Assembly: GCA_963822405.1 (NCBI GenBank)
Contig: CAWGHH010000005.1
Coordinates: 39,439 to 103,438, forward strand
DNA from: Candidatus Uhrbacteria bacterium
GTDB taxonomy: Bacteria; Patescibacteriota; Patescibacteriia; UBA9934
Direction: 5' to 3'
DNA length: 64,000 nucleotides
Shown: one piece after another, positions 1-10,870 of the stretch
Numbering within the stretch: the first letter of the stretch is position 1
Layout: each line of letters starts with the position of its first letter
The notes under the pieces: generated by a model
What the model was told of the DNA's origin: nothing
The model's database searches: none
Seen by the model: only the letters and a program-made list of their open reading frames with translations
Position numbers and translations under genes: made by a program

Positions 1-351
1 TCCTGGCGTTGCGAATATCCCAATTGTCCCGCCATGCACCTGCTCGACCGTTGGCACAAGAATTCCAAGGACTCGCTTGTCCGGGTACTTCGACGGAAGA
101 ATCTCCTGCTGAATTCGACGCAACGCATTCGCACTAGCCGTATTGCACGCGAGGATCACGAGCTCACACCCTCGACTAAACAAATATTCAACAGCCTCAA
201 GGGTAAACTGGTAGACCTGCTCAGGGGTTTTCGACCCATAAGGCGCCCTGGCGTTATCCCCCAAATACATAAAAGAATACTCGGGAAATTGCTTGTCGAG
301 TTCTTTCATTATTACTAAACCGCCGAGACCGGAGTCGAACACGCCGATCAT
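1..351 (-). CDS. murI: Glutamate racemase (5' part; runs off window start)
   Basis: Manual translation of the minus strand from ATG at 351: MIGVFDSGLGGL...YLGDNARAPYG...VILACNTAS; not in the ORF track because the stop lies outside the window. Confidence 0.93.
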   Translation of the reverse strand, partial: MIGVFDSGLGGLVIMKELDKQFPEYSFMYLGDNARAPYGSKTPEQVYQFTLEAVEYLFSRGCELVILACNTASANALRRIQQEILPSKYPDKRVLGILVPTVEQVHGGTIGIFATPG

Positions 352-782
352 AAATCCTTAAAAATCACGCCAGCACGATATCCATTTATTACTCCCAACG
401 AATCGAGAAACATTGGTTGTGGCAATTTATCAAACTCGAACCAACCCCACTCGGAAATTTTCTCTTCGGGAAAGATCTGTGGTTCGCCGCTTTTCCAGTC
501 CGCCACCATCCCAATCGCTAAAAAATGTTTCGGCGGGTACTTAATGCTATTCATCAGGGATCCGAATCTTACATTCTGAATCTCCATCCCCGACTCTTCA
601 CGAATCTCACGTCGACAACATTCTTCAATCGACTCACCATGATCAAGCTTTCCGCCGATCAACGCCCATTCGCCGTCACCGTGCGTATTTCGGCGCTGAC
701 CGAGCAACAATTTACCGTCGCGTAATACCATAACACCAACACCGACACGCGGAACGGAATATGGATCGATTAATTCAGACAT
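348..782 (-). CDS. NUDIX hydrolase (NUDT15/MutT-like)
   Basis: Nudix box GGKLDHGESIEECCRREIREESG; PRVGVGV N-terminus. Confidence 0.9.
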   Translation of the reverse strand: MSELIDPYSVPRVGVGVMVLRDGKLLLGQRRNTHGDGEWALIGGKLDHGESIEECCRREIREESGMEIQNVRFGSLMNSIKYPPKHFLAIGMVADWKSGEPQIFPEEKISEWGWFEFDKLPQPMFLDSLGVINGYRAGVIFKDL

Positions 783-799
783 AATATTTTTTTTAATAG

Positions 800-839
800 C
801 CCACCTCTAGATCCTTCGCCTACGCTCAGGATCGAATGC
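800..839. repeat. REP-like palindromic element, family C, copy 1
   Basis: CCCACCTCTAG-ATCCTTCGCCTACGCTCAGGATC; related copy at 33543-33583. Confidence 0.6.
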
Positions 840-851
840 ACGCACCATCCA

Positions 852-3507
852 TTAACCACCAGTTTTCGACGAATTCCCTCCCCCGCCGAGCATGCTGTTT
901 AGCATCTTCATCATCTTTGGGGCGGCTTCAATAGCGGCGCGAGCTTGAATGGCTTGATCGAAAATTTTGAAGATATTATACGCAACTTCGCGGGTGATTG
1001 CGTGACGCATTTCACCGTAGATGCGGAAGGCTTCTTTCTTATACTCGACTAGCGGATCGCGCTGAGCGTAACCCTGAAGACCAATCGTACGGCGCAAGTA
1101 AGTCATGTCATCTAAGTGACGCATCCAAAGGTTATCGGTAGCTCGAAGAAGAGTCGCGCGCTCAAGACGCTCAATAGTTGAGGGGTCAGAAACCTTCTCC
1201 GTTACTTCAACGTACTTCGCGTTGATTTCGGCCATCACAGTCTCAATCACAACTGTGCGCTGGCGTGCCAGCTCTTCTTTGTCGCGCGAAATAGTCTTCA
1301 AGGTCTCGCCAATTTTGGCCGATGCCTCACTAGACAATGGCGTGATGGTCGAAAGTGCCTCGAACAATTTCCTTTGGATCCCAATCGCCAGCTGGCTTAT
1401 CAGCGAATTCTCTTGGCACCTCGACATCCTGCTTTGATGTGTGGAAGAAAATGATGCGCTCAACCTCAGATTCAATCATGCGCAATACTTCATTGTGCGG
1501 ATTCATTTCTTTACCAGTCAAAAGATCCTTGCGCTCGGAATAAACCGTCAAGCGATGGCGATTCAACACGTCGTCGTATTCCAAAACGTGCTTTCGAGTA
1601 TCGAAGTGATGGCTTTCGACGCGTTCTTGGGCCTTCTCAAGCGAACGTGTAACCATTGAACTTTCAATTGGTGTTTCGTCATCTATGCCTAGAGTATTCA
1701 TCATGCCTTTCACTCGGTCTGTACCGAAAATTCTCATCAAATCATCGTCGAGCGAAACAAAGAACTGCGTTGAGCCAGGATCACCCTGTCTGCCAGCTCG
1801 ACCACGTAGCTGATTGTCAATACGTCGAGACTCATGTCGCTCTGTACCAATCACATGGAGTCCGCCAAGAGCGCGCACTTCCTCAGCCTCTGCTTTGTCA
1901 GGTGGGTTACCGCCAAGAATGATGTCAACTCCACGACCGGCCATGTTAGTGGCGAGCGTGACCGCACCCTTACGTCCAGCCTGTGCAATAATCTCACCTT
2001 CTTTCTCGTGATTTTTAGCGTTCAACATTTTGTGAGACACACCAGCCGCGTGCAATAAAGCAGACAAGCGTTCATTCTTGTCGATCGAGACTGTGCCGAT
2101 CAAAACCGGCTGACCTTTTTCATGTCTTTCTTTTGCCTCACGAACTACCGCCATCCACTTGCCCATTTCGTTCTTATAAATACGGTCGGGCAAATCTTTT
2201 CGGTTGTTGTCGCGATTGGTTGGAATCTGCGTCACGTCAAGCTTGTAAATCTTCTCAAATTCTTCAGCTTCAGTAGCAGCCGTACCAGTCATTCCGCCAA
2301 GCTTCTCGTACAAACGGAAATAATTTTGGAACGTAATAGTCGCTAGCGTCTTACTCTCACGCTGAATTTTCACCCCTTCTTTCGCCTCAATAGCTTGGTG
2401 CAAACCCTCAGAATAACGTCGACCTTCCATGAGACGCCCAGTGAACTCATCAACAATAATCACTTCACCGTCACGCACCACGTAGTCTCGATCAACCTTA
2501 AACATGGCGTGCGCACGAAGGGCCTGTTCAGCATGGTGCACCATCTGCAGACCTTCCTCGTAAATGTTTTTTACGCCAAGTAGAACCTCAAGCTTCTGCA
2601 AGCCAGGTTCGGTAAAAGTCGACGTCTTCATCTTCTCGTCTAGATTGAAGTCATCCTTGATCACGAGGCCCTTAATCAACTCAGCAAACTTATAATATAA
2701 GTCAGCAGATTCCTCGGCGGGTGCGGAAATGATTAGTGGCGTGCGAGCCTCATCGACTAAAATCGAGTCAACCTCGTCAACAATGGCGTAATGCAAACCG
2801 CGCTGAGACAAATCCTCTACTCGACCAGCCATGTTGTCTCGCAAATAATCAAAACCAAATTCATTGTTCGTGCCGTACGTAATGTCCGCTGCGTATGCAT
2901 CCTTACGTGAACACGGACGCAAGAAATCCATTTGCACGAAGAATGAACCCTTAATGTCCTGCGCTTTTTCCTCTTCAGCTACAACCTCTGGAGACTTTTC
3001 TATTTTGAACGACTCGTCATAACGATAACCTCCTTCGTGCTGAATTACGCCCGTTGACAATCCCAGGAAATGGAATACTTGCCCCATCCACACCGCGTCA
3101 CGTTTTGCTAAATAATCGTTCACCGTCACCACGTGTACACCCTTTCCGGATAACGCATTCAAATACATGGCCGTGATAGCCATTAATGTTTTACCTTCAC
3201 CAGTACGCATTTCAGCAATTCCTCCGCGGTGTAGCGTTAAGCCTCCCATGAGCTGAACGTCATAATGACGCTGACCAAGGGTTCGCTTTGACGCCTCACG
3301 AACAACTGCAAAAGCCTCATGCGCGATATCATCCAGTTTAGATCCCTGCTCTAGTTTATCTTTAAATTCTTTCGTCTTGGCTGACAACGATTCGTTCGGC
3401 AACGCTGAAATAATCGGCTCAAGCGCGTTAATCTTATCTACCTCTGCGCGTAAACCTTTAACAACCTTAGCGTTTGGATCTCCAAAAATCTTGGTCAACA
3501 AGGACAT
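852..3507 (-). CDS. secA: Preprotein translocase ATPase SecA, split by an apparent frameshift near 1365
   Basis: ORF 1330..3624 has [27 protein letters not shown] and [10 protein letters not shown]; ORF 852..1475 carries the C-terminus (WMRHLDDM...[11 protein letters not shown]). Likely start is MSLLTKIFG at 3507. Confidence 0.95.
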
Positions 3508-3599
3508 AGTATTGGTAAATTGTTCACCGCCATATATTGCCTTAAACTTGATAATTCCACAAGAACTGCTAGTGTATTCCGGTCTTTGTGGAGGGAAAT

Positions 3600-3899
3600 A
3601 TGTTAGCGTCTCATCGAGCCACATTTGAACGAGCCTGTAGAGGCAAGCGAATTATCGCCAAAGAAGGTGACGTGAGGTTCGAAGGAATCCTCCGCGACAT
3701 CAGGATATACACGGAAGAACGTATTGTGTTCGACGTCATCAGGCTGACCGAAGATCCACAGCCTAGCTACCGCAGCGGCACGATCACCGAACGCCAGTTC
3801 TGCGTCGGTCCCTACGCGTATCTCGTGAAAACAGAGCGTGGCAACATCCTCTTTCGTGGCCACAACCTTGTCGGCCTCGTCCTCGTCTCGCCAAAGTAG
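3600..3899 (+). CDS. Hypothetical protein (orphan cassette)
   Basis: GGAGG SD before ATG 3600; followed by a hairpin at about 3926-3955. Confidence 0.55.
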   Translation: MLASHRATFERACRGKRIIAKEGDVRFEGILRDIRIYTEERIVFDVIRLTEDPQPSYRSGTITERQFCVGPYAYLVKTERGNILFRGHNLVGLVLVSPK

Positions 3900-3925
3900 A
3901 ATCTCATGTCACCGAACACCACTTC

Positions 3926-3960
3926 AGACGCCGTCCTGCGCACAGGGCGGTGTCTTTTAT
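3926..3960. terminator. Hairpin terminator between convergent genes
   Basis: AGACGCCGTCCTG-CGCA-CAGGGCGGTGTCT followed by a T run. Confidence 0.6.
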
Positions 3961-3967
3961 ACCAAAA

Positions 3968-5272
3968 TTAACGACTCAGTTTCCGCGCAATCTCATCCAC
4001 GTTCCCCGCGCCCATAACTAGGACAACGTCACCTTCTTTAATTTCTTTTTCGAGTATTCCGCGAGCTTCATCCAAGTCTTTCGCGTAGAACATTGGTTTA
4101 GCAAAGTTCGGTTTGAGTGCATCGAGCAAGTCTCGGCTTGAAATCTTTCCCTCTTCTTCATTGCGACCTTCAACGTGATAAATTTCTGGAAGCACAACAA
4201 CATCCGCACCAGTAAAACTTTTCACGAAATCAGCGAACAACGCTTGAGTACGGGAATGCTGGTGAGGCTGAAAACACAACACTATTCGTCGACCAGGGAA
4301 GAATTCGCGCGCGGCTTCGATCGTCCCCGTCACCGCCGTTGGATGATGACCATAGTCAGAAATAATTTCCGCGCCATGATACTGGCCAACTCTTTCAAAC
4401 CGGCGCCACACGCCAGAAAATTCAGCCAATGACGCCAAAGAAACTTTGTCATTAATGGCGTACTGTCGAGCCACCGAAAGAGCCGCGAGCGCGTTCATTC
4501 TGTTAAACGCTCCAGGAACTTTAAGCTTGATCGCCTCGGCTTCAACCGAGCTAAAGCGAAGTGCTCGCTCGGAGAATATCTGCATCGAATTCTTGTCATC
4601 GGCATTCAATAGAACTGCACCAGTGGTTTTATCTACGCATTCCTGAAACGTCGCAATGATATGGTCGAGATCTCGGTAAACATCCAAATGATCTTCCTCG
4701 ATATTCGTAATCACGGTTGTCTCCGGCCAGAGCTGCACCATTTTTTGCTTGTACTCATCGCCTTCAATGATCAAAATGTCGCTCGCACCAACACGCAAAT
4801 TGCCAAGCTCCCAACCAGGAACAAGCGTGCCAACGAATACGGTCGGATCCAATCCGGCATCTTCGAAAATCTTTCCAGTCATGGCCGTAGTCGTCGATTT
4901 TCCGTTCGTGCCCGTCACACAAATAGTTCGATATTCTTTCGAGAGCTCCCCAAGAAAATCAAAATGCCCAAGCTGAGGAATCCCCAGCTCGGTTGCTCGC
5001 GCACGTTCTGGATCCTCGACGGGTACCGCCTCAGAATATACAATCAGATCAATATCACTCGAAATCTTCTCGGGATTCGATCCGATCCACACCTCCACCG
5101 AATGTACGGGCTTGGCGCCGCCAAGCCCCTTCACCGAATCTACAATCATCGATGCCTTCGCATCCGATCCACTCACCTCTTTTCCCTTCACAACCAAAAA
5201 CTTGGCAATGGCACTAATGCCAATACCGCCAACGCCGATACAATGAACTCGCTTGTATTTATCGAGGAACAT
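3968..5272 (-). CDS. murC: UDP-N-acetylmuramate--L-alanine ligase
   Basis: HCIGVGGIGISA, VTGTNGKSTTT, DYGHHPTA, FQPHQHSRT, MGAG. Confidence 0.95.
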   Translation of the reverse strand: MFLDKYKRVHCIGVGGIGISAIAKFLVVKGKEVSGSDAKASMIVDSVKGLGGAKPVHSVEVWIGSNPEKISSDIDLIVYSEAVPVEDPERARATELGIPQLGHFDFLGELSKEYRTICVTGTNGKSTTTAMTGKIFEDAGLDPTVFVGTLVPGWELGNLRVGASDILIIEGDEYKQKMVQLWPETTVITNIEEDHLDVYRDLDHIIATFQECVDKTTGAVLLNADDKNSMQIFSERALRFSSVEAEAIKLKVPGAFNRMNALAALSVARQYAINDKVSLASLAEFSGVWRRFERVGQYHGAEIISDYGHHPTAVTGTIEAAREFFPGRRIVLCFQPHQHSRTQALFADFVKSFTGADVVVLPEIYHVEGRNEEEGKISSRDLLDALKPNFAKPMFYAKDLDEARGILEKEIKEGDVVLVMGAGNVDEIARKLSR

Positions 5273-5292
5273 AATTTACCCGTCCTCCTTGC

Positions 5293-5331
5293 CCTCCCCC
5301 CGACCCCCTCCACTGCGTGGAGGGGGAGGAG
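5293..5331. repeat. REP-like palindromic element, family A (left flank of DUF559 gene)
   Basis: CCTCCCCCCGACCCCCTCCACTGCGTGGAGGGGGAGGAG; inverted copy at 5735-5774. Confidence 0.85.
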
Positions 5332-5333
5332 TG

Positions 5334-5708
5334 CTAAGAGACAATTCTTTCGCGAATAATTAAAATGATTGATTCCAAAACTCTATCCGGATTATCACAA
5401 AACTCATTATTGGAAAACCGTAGTACCACAACACCGGCCTCTACTAAATATAAGTCCCGCTCTTTGTCATAATCTTTTGCCTCCGCATTATCATGCACCG
5501 CACCGTCTAGCTCAACCGCAATCTTTCCCTCGTGCGTATAGAAATCAACAATGTATGGACCAATTCCTACTTGTCGACGAAACTTTACACCGCCACATCT
5601 TCGTTGCCGCAATCGATCCCACAACAATTCTTCAGCCGGTGTCTGGTGAACTCGAAGCTCTCGACGCCTCTCCTTACTCCAAGATGGATTAACCAGCTGC
5701 TGCTCCAT
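5334..5708 (-). CDS. DUF559 / Vsr-like PD-(D/E)xK endonuclease domain protein
   Basis: TPAEELLW..LR, FRRQ..IGPYIVDFY, ELDGAVH, DKERD, VLRFSN; likely start is MEQQ at 5708 because the longer ORF start reads through the repeat. Confidence 0.9.
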   Translation of the reverse strand: MEQQLVNPSWSKERRRELRVHQTPAEELLWDRLRQRRCGGVKFRRQVGIGPYIVDFYTHEGKIAVELDGAVHDNAEAKDYDKERDLYLVEAGVVVLRFSNNEFCDNPDRVLESIILIIRERIVS

Positions 5709-5734
5709 AACATTTTCAAGCTCAGGGTTTCGAA

Positions 5735-5774
5735 CTCCTCCCCCTCCACGCAGTGGAGGGGGTAAGGGGGGAGG
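5735..5774. repeat. REP-like palindromic element, family A (right flank of DUF559 gene)
   Basis: Reverse complement CCTCCCCCCTTACCCCCTCCACTGCGTGGAGGGGGAGGAG matches 5293-5331. Confidence 0.85.
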
Positions 5775-5775
5775 A

Positions 5776-6078
5776 TTACCTTTCCTTCCGATCAACAAGC
5801 TGTCTCTTCAAATCATCTTTAGCTTCGTCAATCGCCGCGTACAAATCATCCTTCACGCACTCAGCGCGCAACATACCTCCAGGAATAGTCATGTTGAATT
5901 CGGCGCGGAAAATCTCTCCCTTGTTGTGATGATTGCTCGTCTTCCCTACGTCAACGGCAACAACGCACGGATTGTAACGCTCAGTAAACTTATCAAGCAT
6001 GTCCAGCTTCTCCACAACATAAGCCTTAATAGCTTCCGTCAATTCCATGTTCGTCCCCTTGATTTCGGTAATGTTCAT
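5776..6078 (-). CDS. hpf: Ribosome hibernation factor HPF/RaiA (short form)
   Basis: GTNMELTEAIKAYVVEKL ... DLYAAIDEAKDDLKRQL. Confidence 0.9.
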   Translation of the reverse strand: MNITEIKGTNMELTEAIKAYVVEKLDMLDKFTERYNPCVVAVDVGKTSNHHNKGEIFRAEFNMTIPGGMLRAECVKDDLYAAIDEAKDDLKRQLVDRKER

Positions 6079-6153
6079 ATGCTTGCACTATAACTACACT
6101 CCAATTTTTTTGCCAGTTAAATATCCTGAGCCTGTCAAAGGCTAAATATGAAA

Positions 6154-6186
6154 CACCCGTCCCCTCGCGTAGAGGAAACGGGTGTC
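6154..6186 (-). terminator. Hairpin terminator downstream of the 6223..6825 orphan
   Basis: ACACCCGTCCCCTC-GCGTA-GAGGAAACGGGTGT. Confidence 0.55.
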
Positions 6187-6222
6187 CGAGCAACTAACCA
6201 GCCTAGCCGGTATAAGTTGCTA

Positions 6223-6825
6223 TCAAACTCGAGTGATCGTGATCGGTTGCTCGGGGAGAGCCGCGGAGAAGCGCTCGGTGAGCGTTCCCATCGGCGGAAG
6301 CCCCACGGACGCGCGCAACACGTCTGAGACATCACGCATCCACTCGTGGATGGTCGCCTTCTGATCTTCATGCCGACACGAAGCCGACATCTGGATGTGC
6401 AGGGTACGACCGCTCTTGGTTTCGGACTCGATCGACACGGCGACGAACAGCCAGCTTCCCTTGAGGTAGGTCCCGAGCTTGAGCACCGGCGGAACATCGC
6501 GTGCGATCACGCGAATGCCCTCGACGTACCGTTCGTAGCCACGAAAGCGATTGTCGAGTCGAAGCTCGGCCGCGTAGACCTGCGGGTTCTCGTCCACGAC
6601 CTCGAGCAAGGCGTCGTGACCGGACGAGAACTTGATCTCGCTCTGGTCAAACTGACGAAGCAGGAGATCCGAAGAACGGAAACGCTTGCCACGCTCACGC
6701 CATTCATCGAGAGCCTTCTTGTCCGGATTCTCGAGTTTCGCGCGCTCATCAAGGGCGTCTTGAAGGTTACCTTCCGAGTCCCTGACGTGCCCCGGATTGA
6801 TCTGATAACGAACACTGACTTTCAT
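6223..6825 (-). CDS. Hypothetical protein (GC-rich orphan cassette)
   Basis: 200-aa ORF with AAGGAG SD, its own sigma70-like promoter and a downstream hairpin. Confidence 0.7.
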   Translation of the reverse strand: MKVSVRYQINPGHVRDSEGNLQDALDERAKLENPDKKALDEWRERGKRFRSSDLLLRQFDQSEIKFSSGHDALLEVVDENPQVYAAELRLDNRFRGYERYVEGIRVIARDVPPVLKLGTYLKGSWLFVAVSIESETKSGRTLHIQMSASCRHEDQKATIHEWMRDVSDVLRASVGLPPMGTLTERFSAALPEQPITITRV

Positions 6826-6919
6826 GGTCTTCTCCTTCCGATCAGGTTAATGCCATCCAAGAAAACTTGATCTGGCCCTGTCTCGGATTGTTAGCGGCGG
6901 GATTGCAGCCAACCTCAAT

Positions 6920-6948
6920 ATAATAGCAAAAATTAGCCAAAAAGTCAA
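6920..6948 (-). promoter_or_regulatory. Sigma70-like promoter
   Basis: Minus strand TTGACT-N17-TATTAT with extended -10 TG; inverted repeat AGCCAAAA/TTTTGGCT straddles the -35. Confidence 0.7.
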
Positions 6949-6972
6949 TGTTTTGGCTTGTTTTAGACGTTT

Positions 6973-7977
6973 TTAGCCCAAAAACTGCACTTCTTCTTCT
7001 AGTTGGATTCCGTAATGATCCCGCACCTTCATCTTAATAAGAGAAATCAGCTCCATGATCTGGCTCGCGGTAGCATGACCGGTGTTCATCAAAAAATTAC
7101 CGTGTTCTTCGGAAACCATGGCGTCACCCATTTTTGTACCCTTCAAACCGGCTTGATCGATCAACCAACCAGCAGCAAGACGCTTAGATTTCAACATCGC
7201 TTCTGGAATGTCAGCGTCCTGTTTTAGTTTGGCGAGAGTCGACTCGTCCGTGAATTCGTAATTCTTAAACATGCATCCTGCACTCGCCGCGCCGAGGGGT
7301 TGGGACTTCTTTCGCTTCTCAAGGTTCGCATCGATCAATGCGAGTGCCTCAACCTTGTCACCGGGAGTAAGCTTGAACGTCGCCTCGAGGATGACATCAT
7401 TGTTTCCAAGTTCCTTAAGTACGCTGTGACGATATTTCATCTTCAAATCTTCAGCGGCGACGTTAATAACATCGCCTTCTCGAAGCAATTTCACGGACAC
7501 CAAATTATCCTTCGTCTCCCCGCCAAAACAACCGGCATTTCCGCGCACCGCTCCCCCGATCGTACCGGGCAACGAAACCGCCCATTCAAAACCTCGCAGA
7601 CCGGCATTCGCTGTTTGTCGAGCCACTGTCGCTGAAATAGCGCCAGCCTCGGCCGTAACAACGTCGCCGTTGATCGAAATACTTCGCATCGCAAGCTTGA
7701 TCACGAGTCCCTCGAATCCTTCGTCCGAAACTAAAGTATTCGATCCCCCGCCAAGAATAAAAAACTTCAAGTTATTTTCTTTGGCGAGCTTAATCGCGTC
7801 AACTACATCCTGGCTGGACTTAGCCTCAACGAAAAACTTGGCTGGCCCGCCGATTTTCATGTTTACATGTTTAGCAAGCGGCTCGTTTTCCTTGAATTGT
7901 GCACCGAATCGTTTCTTCATTTCATCGATCATAGAATGGGTCGACGCAGGGACATACCCCTCCTTGCGTTCTTGCAT
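6973..7977 (-). CDS. murB: UDP-N-acetylenolpyruvoylglucosamine reductase
   Basis: KIGGPA, LGGGSNTL, LPGTIGGAVRGNAG, SAGCMFKN, SEEHGNF, LEEEV. Confidence 0.95.
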   Translation of the reverse strand: MQERKEGYVPASTHSMIDEMKKRFGAQFKENEPLAKHVNMKIGGPAKFFVEAKSSQDVVDAIKLAKENNLKFFILGGGSNTLVSDEGFEGLVIKLAMRSISINGDVVTAEAGAISATVARQTANAGLRGFEWAVSLPGTIGGAVRGNAGCFGGETKDNLVSVKLLREGDVINVAAEDLKMKYRHSVLKELGNNDVILEATFKLTPGDKVEALALIDANLEKRKKSQPLGAASAGCMFKNYEFTDESTLAKLKQDADIPEAMLKSKRLAAGWLIDQAGLKGTKMGDAMVSEEHGNFLMNTGHATASQIMELISLIKMKVRDHYGIQLEEEVQFLG

Positions 7978-8034
7978 ATTCTATACTATATTTCGGGGTC
8001 GGCAACCAGTCGACCATACATCAAGGGAGTACAC

Positions 8035-8313
8035 ATGCCTCGCAGGCCTCAGTTCTATCAGTACGGTGACGTCATCCGGCTCATTAATGTCGTCAGCCCG
8101 CGTGTTGAAGAACTCTTGAGCGCGGATGAGCTCGACGAGTTTAACCTTCGGAAGGAAAGGCTCGGCAGGCAGATCGCCGAAGATGAGAACGTGCCGTTCC
8201 GCGCAGATCTTCCTAGCGTTGCGAACCTCACCGTTCTTTCGCCACAAGCCCGACGGATCGCCCGCTGGATCAAGCGTTGGCTCATCAAAAATGACATCCC
8301 GCTCACGGCGTAA
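8035..8313 (+). CDS. Hypothetical protein
   Basis: AAGGGAG SD before ATG 8035; ORF in a GC-rich cluster. Confidence 0.55.
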   Translation: MPRRPQFYQYGDVIRLINVVSPRVEELLSADELDEFNLRKERLGRQIAEDENVPFRADLPSVANLTVLSPQARRIARWIKRWLIKNDIPLTA

Positions 8314-8367
8314 ACCATCAGAGCCTCATGACCCGCCACGTTCACCGCCCACCACCCTGAGGATAGA

Positions 8368-8700
8368 ATGATCGAATCCCTGTTTCTTGCCGCTATCCGA
8401 AATCTCCGCGACTGAATCAAAGACTTCCGAGAGTCCGATATCCGCGGCTCAGAAGAGGCCGCAAAAAAGGCTGAAAAAGGTCTGAAGGATCTCGGCATCA
8501 ACGTGACACCGCACAAGATCTCCTTCGACCGGGATCCAGTGATTCCCGACTCCGAGTTTGTCGATTCCGGCTTCGTCCGCGGATTCGAACGGGTCCGTGA
8601 CCAGTTCTTGAAAACGTACGAACCCGTACTCAGAAAGCGCAACCGCAAGCCCGGTCGGTTGACCGCCGGGAACATAGACGCACGACACAGCGAAGCGTAA
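8368..8700 (+). pseudogene. Hypothetical protein interrupted by in-frame TGA at 8413
   Basis: GAGGA SD + ATG 8368: MIESLFLAAIRNLRD*IKDFRESD... continues in frame into ORF 8503..8700. Confidence 0.45.
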
Positions 8701-8848
8701 CGGAAACCGTCCGTCGCCTCCTCTAACCCCCGCGGAAACGTGGGGGTTTTCATTTAGTCAAAGTTTGACTTTTCCCTAATCTTGGCGCACTATCTTGCTC
8801 GCAATCCAACCTGCAATAGGTTAGGACGAGCAAAAAAGTGAGGTCCAC

Positions 8849-9211
8849 GTGGCACAACGCATTACCCGACAAAATTTCCTGGCAATGATCCTCAAGACCT
8901 GGAATGAGGCACTTGCTCTAAGTGATCAGAAAGCACTGGACAAGCTGAAGATCGGCATCAAGCGGTGCCATGTCCTCATCAAGGTCGATAACGATGGCCA
9001 CGCAATCATGGTGCCCGCCAAGACGATCACCACCGCGATCGGTAAAGGCAAGAAACGCCGACTGATCATTCGTCCTGAGCTGATCAAAGTCATGCATGGC
9101 TTCGTCGCCAACTACGAGACGATGCGCGACAAGATCCTGGCCGAACGCCTCGCAACGGCCGCCCCCACCGCTCAGCCCGAGTCCCAGCTGAACGAAGGCG
9201 TGACCGCCTAG
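8849..9211 (+). CDS. Hypothetical basic protein
   Basis: GAGGT SD before GTG; upstream TTGACT near 8765. Confidence 0.6.
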   Translation: MAQRITRQNFLAMILKTWNEALALSDQKALDKLKIGIKRCHVLIKVDNDGHAIMVPAKTITTAIGKGKKRRLIIRPELIKVMHGFVANYETMRDKILAERLATAAPTAQPESQLNEGVTA

Positions 9212-9280
9212 CTGTTCACTCGTCGTCGAATGTCCTCAGTCTTCAGAGGCCACAATGTTCCCACCTGCCTTGGAGGCGTT

Positions 9281-9574
9281 ATGAAAATACTTCGGGGTAA
9301 ATTTCGCAAAGACGAACCTCGCAAGGCCACGCTCGAAAAACCGAAGCCGGTTCCAATACTCACCTACGGCGAGTTCAGACGAGAGCTCGTGAGAGTAGAG
9401 GCCAAAGTCGACAAAGTCTGGACCCCTGCTCGGGCAGACGAACTAGCCAGACGTCTGGCGACGATCAACGGCTTTATCACCGATGAACAAAGGTTGACGA
9501 ACGGCCTACTCAGTCTTGAGGCAACTGGCGCAATCAACGTGCTGAAGAAATGGGCCATCAAGCTCAAGCCGTGA
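9281..9574 (+). CDS. Hypothetical basic protein
   Basis: GGAGG SD before ATG 9281; terminator-like hairpin plus T run right after the stop. Confidence 0.6.
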   Translation: MKILRGKFRKDEPRKATLEKPKPVPILTYGEFRRELVRVEAKVDKVWTPARADELARRLATINGFITDEQRLTNGLLSLEATGAINVLKKWAIKLKP

Positions 9575-9633
9575 ACTCCCGTCGTACGGACGGGGGTTTT
9601 CTTTTTACCTCTTTCAGCTACACTACTTCCTAT

Positions 9634-10868
9634 ATGTATGAATCCATCGCCAACATTGACCCCGTCATTGCGGACGCGTTAAAACTCGAACTCGCCCGCG
9701 AGCGTGAAGGTCTTGAGCTTATCCCAAGCGAAAACTTTGTATCGCCCGCTGTGCTCGAGGCGCTCGGCTCAGTAGCGACAAATAAATATGCCGAAGGCTA
9801 CCCAGGCAAGCGCTATTACGGCGGTTGTTACGCTATAGACATCCTCGAACAAACAGCCATTGATCGTGCTAAACAACTTTTTGGCGCCGAACATGTAAAT
9901 GTTCAGCCACATTCAGGGCCCCGGCGAATATCATTGTATATACCGCGCTCCTACAGCCAGGCGACACTGTGCTCGGCATGGATCTTTCTCACGGCGGACA
10001 TCTGACACACGGTCATCCAGTCACAGACTCGGCCAAGCGTTATAATTTCATCCGCTATAAGACCGACGCAGAGGGCAAACTCGACTATGACAATTTGGCG
10101 AGCATGGCACGCGAGCATAAACCAAAATTAATTCTCGTTGGCTACTCCGCGTACTCCCGCGAAATTGATTACGCCAAAGTAAAAGAAATTGCTGATGAAG
10201 TCGGCGCCATGACCATGGCTGATATTGCGCACATCGCCGGCTTGATCGCCGCCGGTGAAATGAATAATCCTGTTCCCTTGTTCGACGTCGTAACCACCAC
10301 CACACACAAGACACTTCGCGGCCCTCGAGGCGGCATGATCATGTGCAAAGAAAAGTTCGCCAAACAAATTGATAAGGCCGTTTTTCCTGGCGTTCAAGGC
10401 GGTCCACACATGAACGTCATCGCTGCAAAAGCAGTAGCGTTCGGCGAGGCACTCAAACCAGAATTCAAAGAGTACGCCAAACAAATTAAATTGAACGCCA
10501 AAGTTTTGGAGCGCGAACTTTCGGCCAAAGGCTACAAACTAATGTTCGGCGGAACAGACAACCATTTACTCCTCGTCGACGTCACGCCAAAGGGCGTCAC
10601 CGGTGGCGAAGCCCAACATGCCCTCGACGAAGCCGGCATCACCGTCAACAAAAACATGATCCCGGACGACCCACGTTCGCCTATGGATCCATCGGGAATC
10701 AGGCTCGGTACTCCAGCGATCACAACTCGCGGTCTCAAAGAAAACGACATCGTAAAGGTTGCCGAATGGATTGATCGTGCGATAATGTCTAAGTCCGATA
10801 CCGTTGAACTCGCCAAGATAAAAGAAGAAGTAAAACAGTTCATGTCGAAGTTTCCGCTCTATACATAA
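9634..10868 (+). CDS. glyA: Serine hydroxymethyltransferase, split by an apparent frameshift near 9918
   Basis: [24 protein letters not shown] and NVQPHSG in ORF 9550..10005; [21 protein letters not shown] and SGIRLGTPA in ORF 9969..10868; one added base restores HSGAPAN. Confidence 0.95.
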
Positions 10869-10870
10869 CT

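Noticed and set aside
4661-5359. Long antisense ORFs (for example 4661..5359, 8058..8753, 25293..25874, 38945..39550)
   Set aside because: They are shadow ORFs opposite better-supported genes and have no recognisable motifs.
8368-8700. In-frame TGA as evidence of UGA recoding (code 25) or selenocysteine
   Set aside because: TGA serves as a normal stop for other genes here (folD, pyrH, NUDIX) and conserved genes show no internal TGA; a point mutation or base-call error is more likely.
6223-9574. Prophage remnant explaining the GC-rich orphans
   Set aside because: No integrase, terminase or structural genes are present, and the orphans are interleaved with murB and other core genes.
852-10868. 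Programmed frameshifting or true pseudogenisation of secA and glyA
   Set aside because: These are single-base indels in otherwise intact genes, one of them essential, and similar lesions recur across the window, which points to assembly error.
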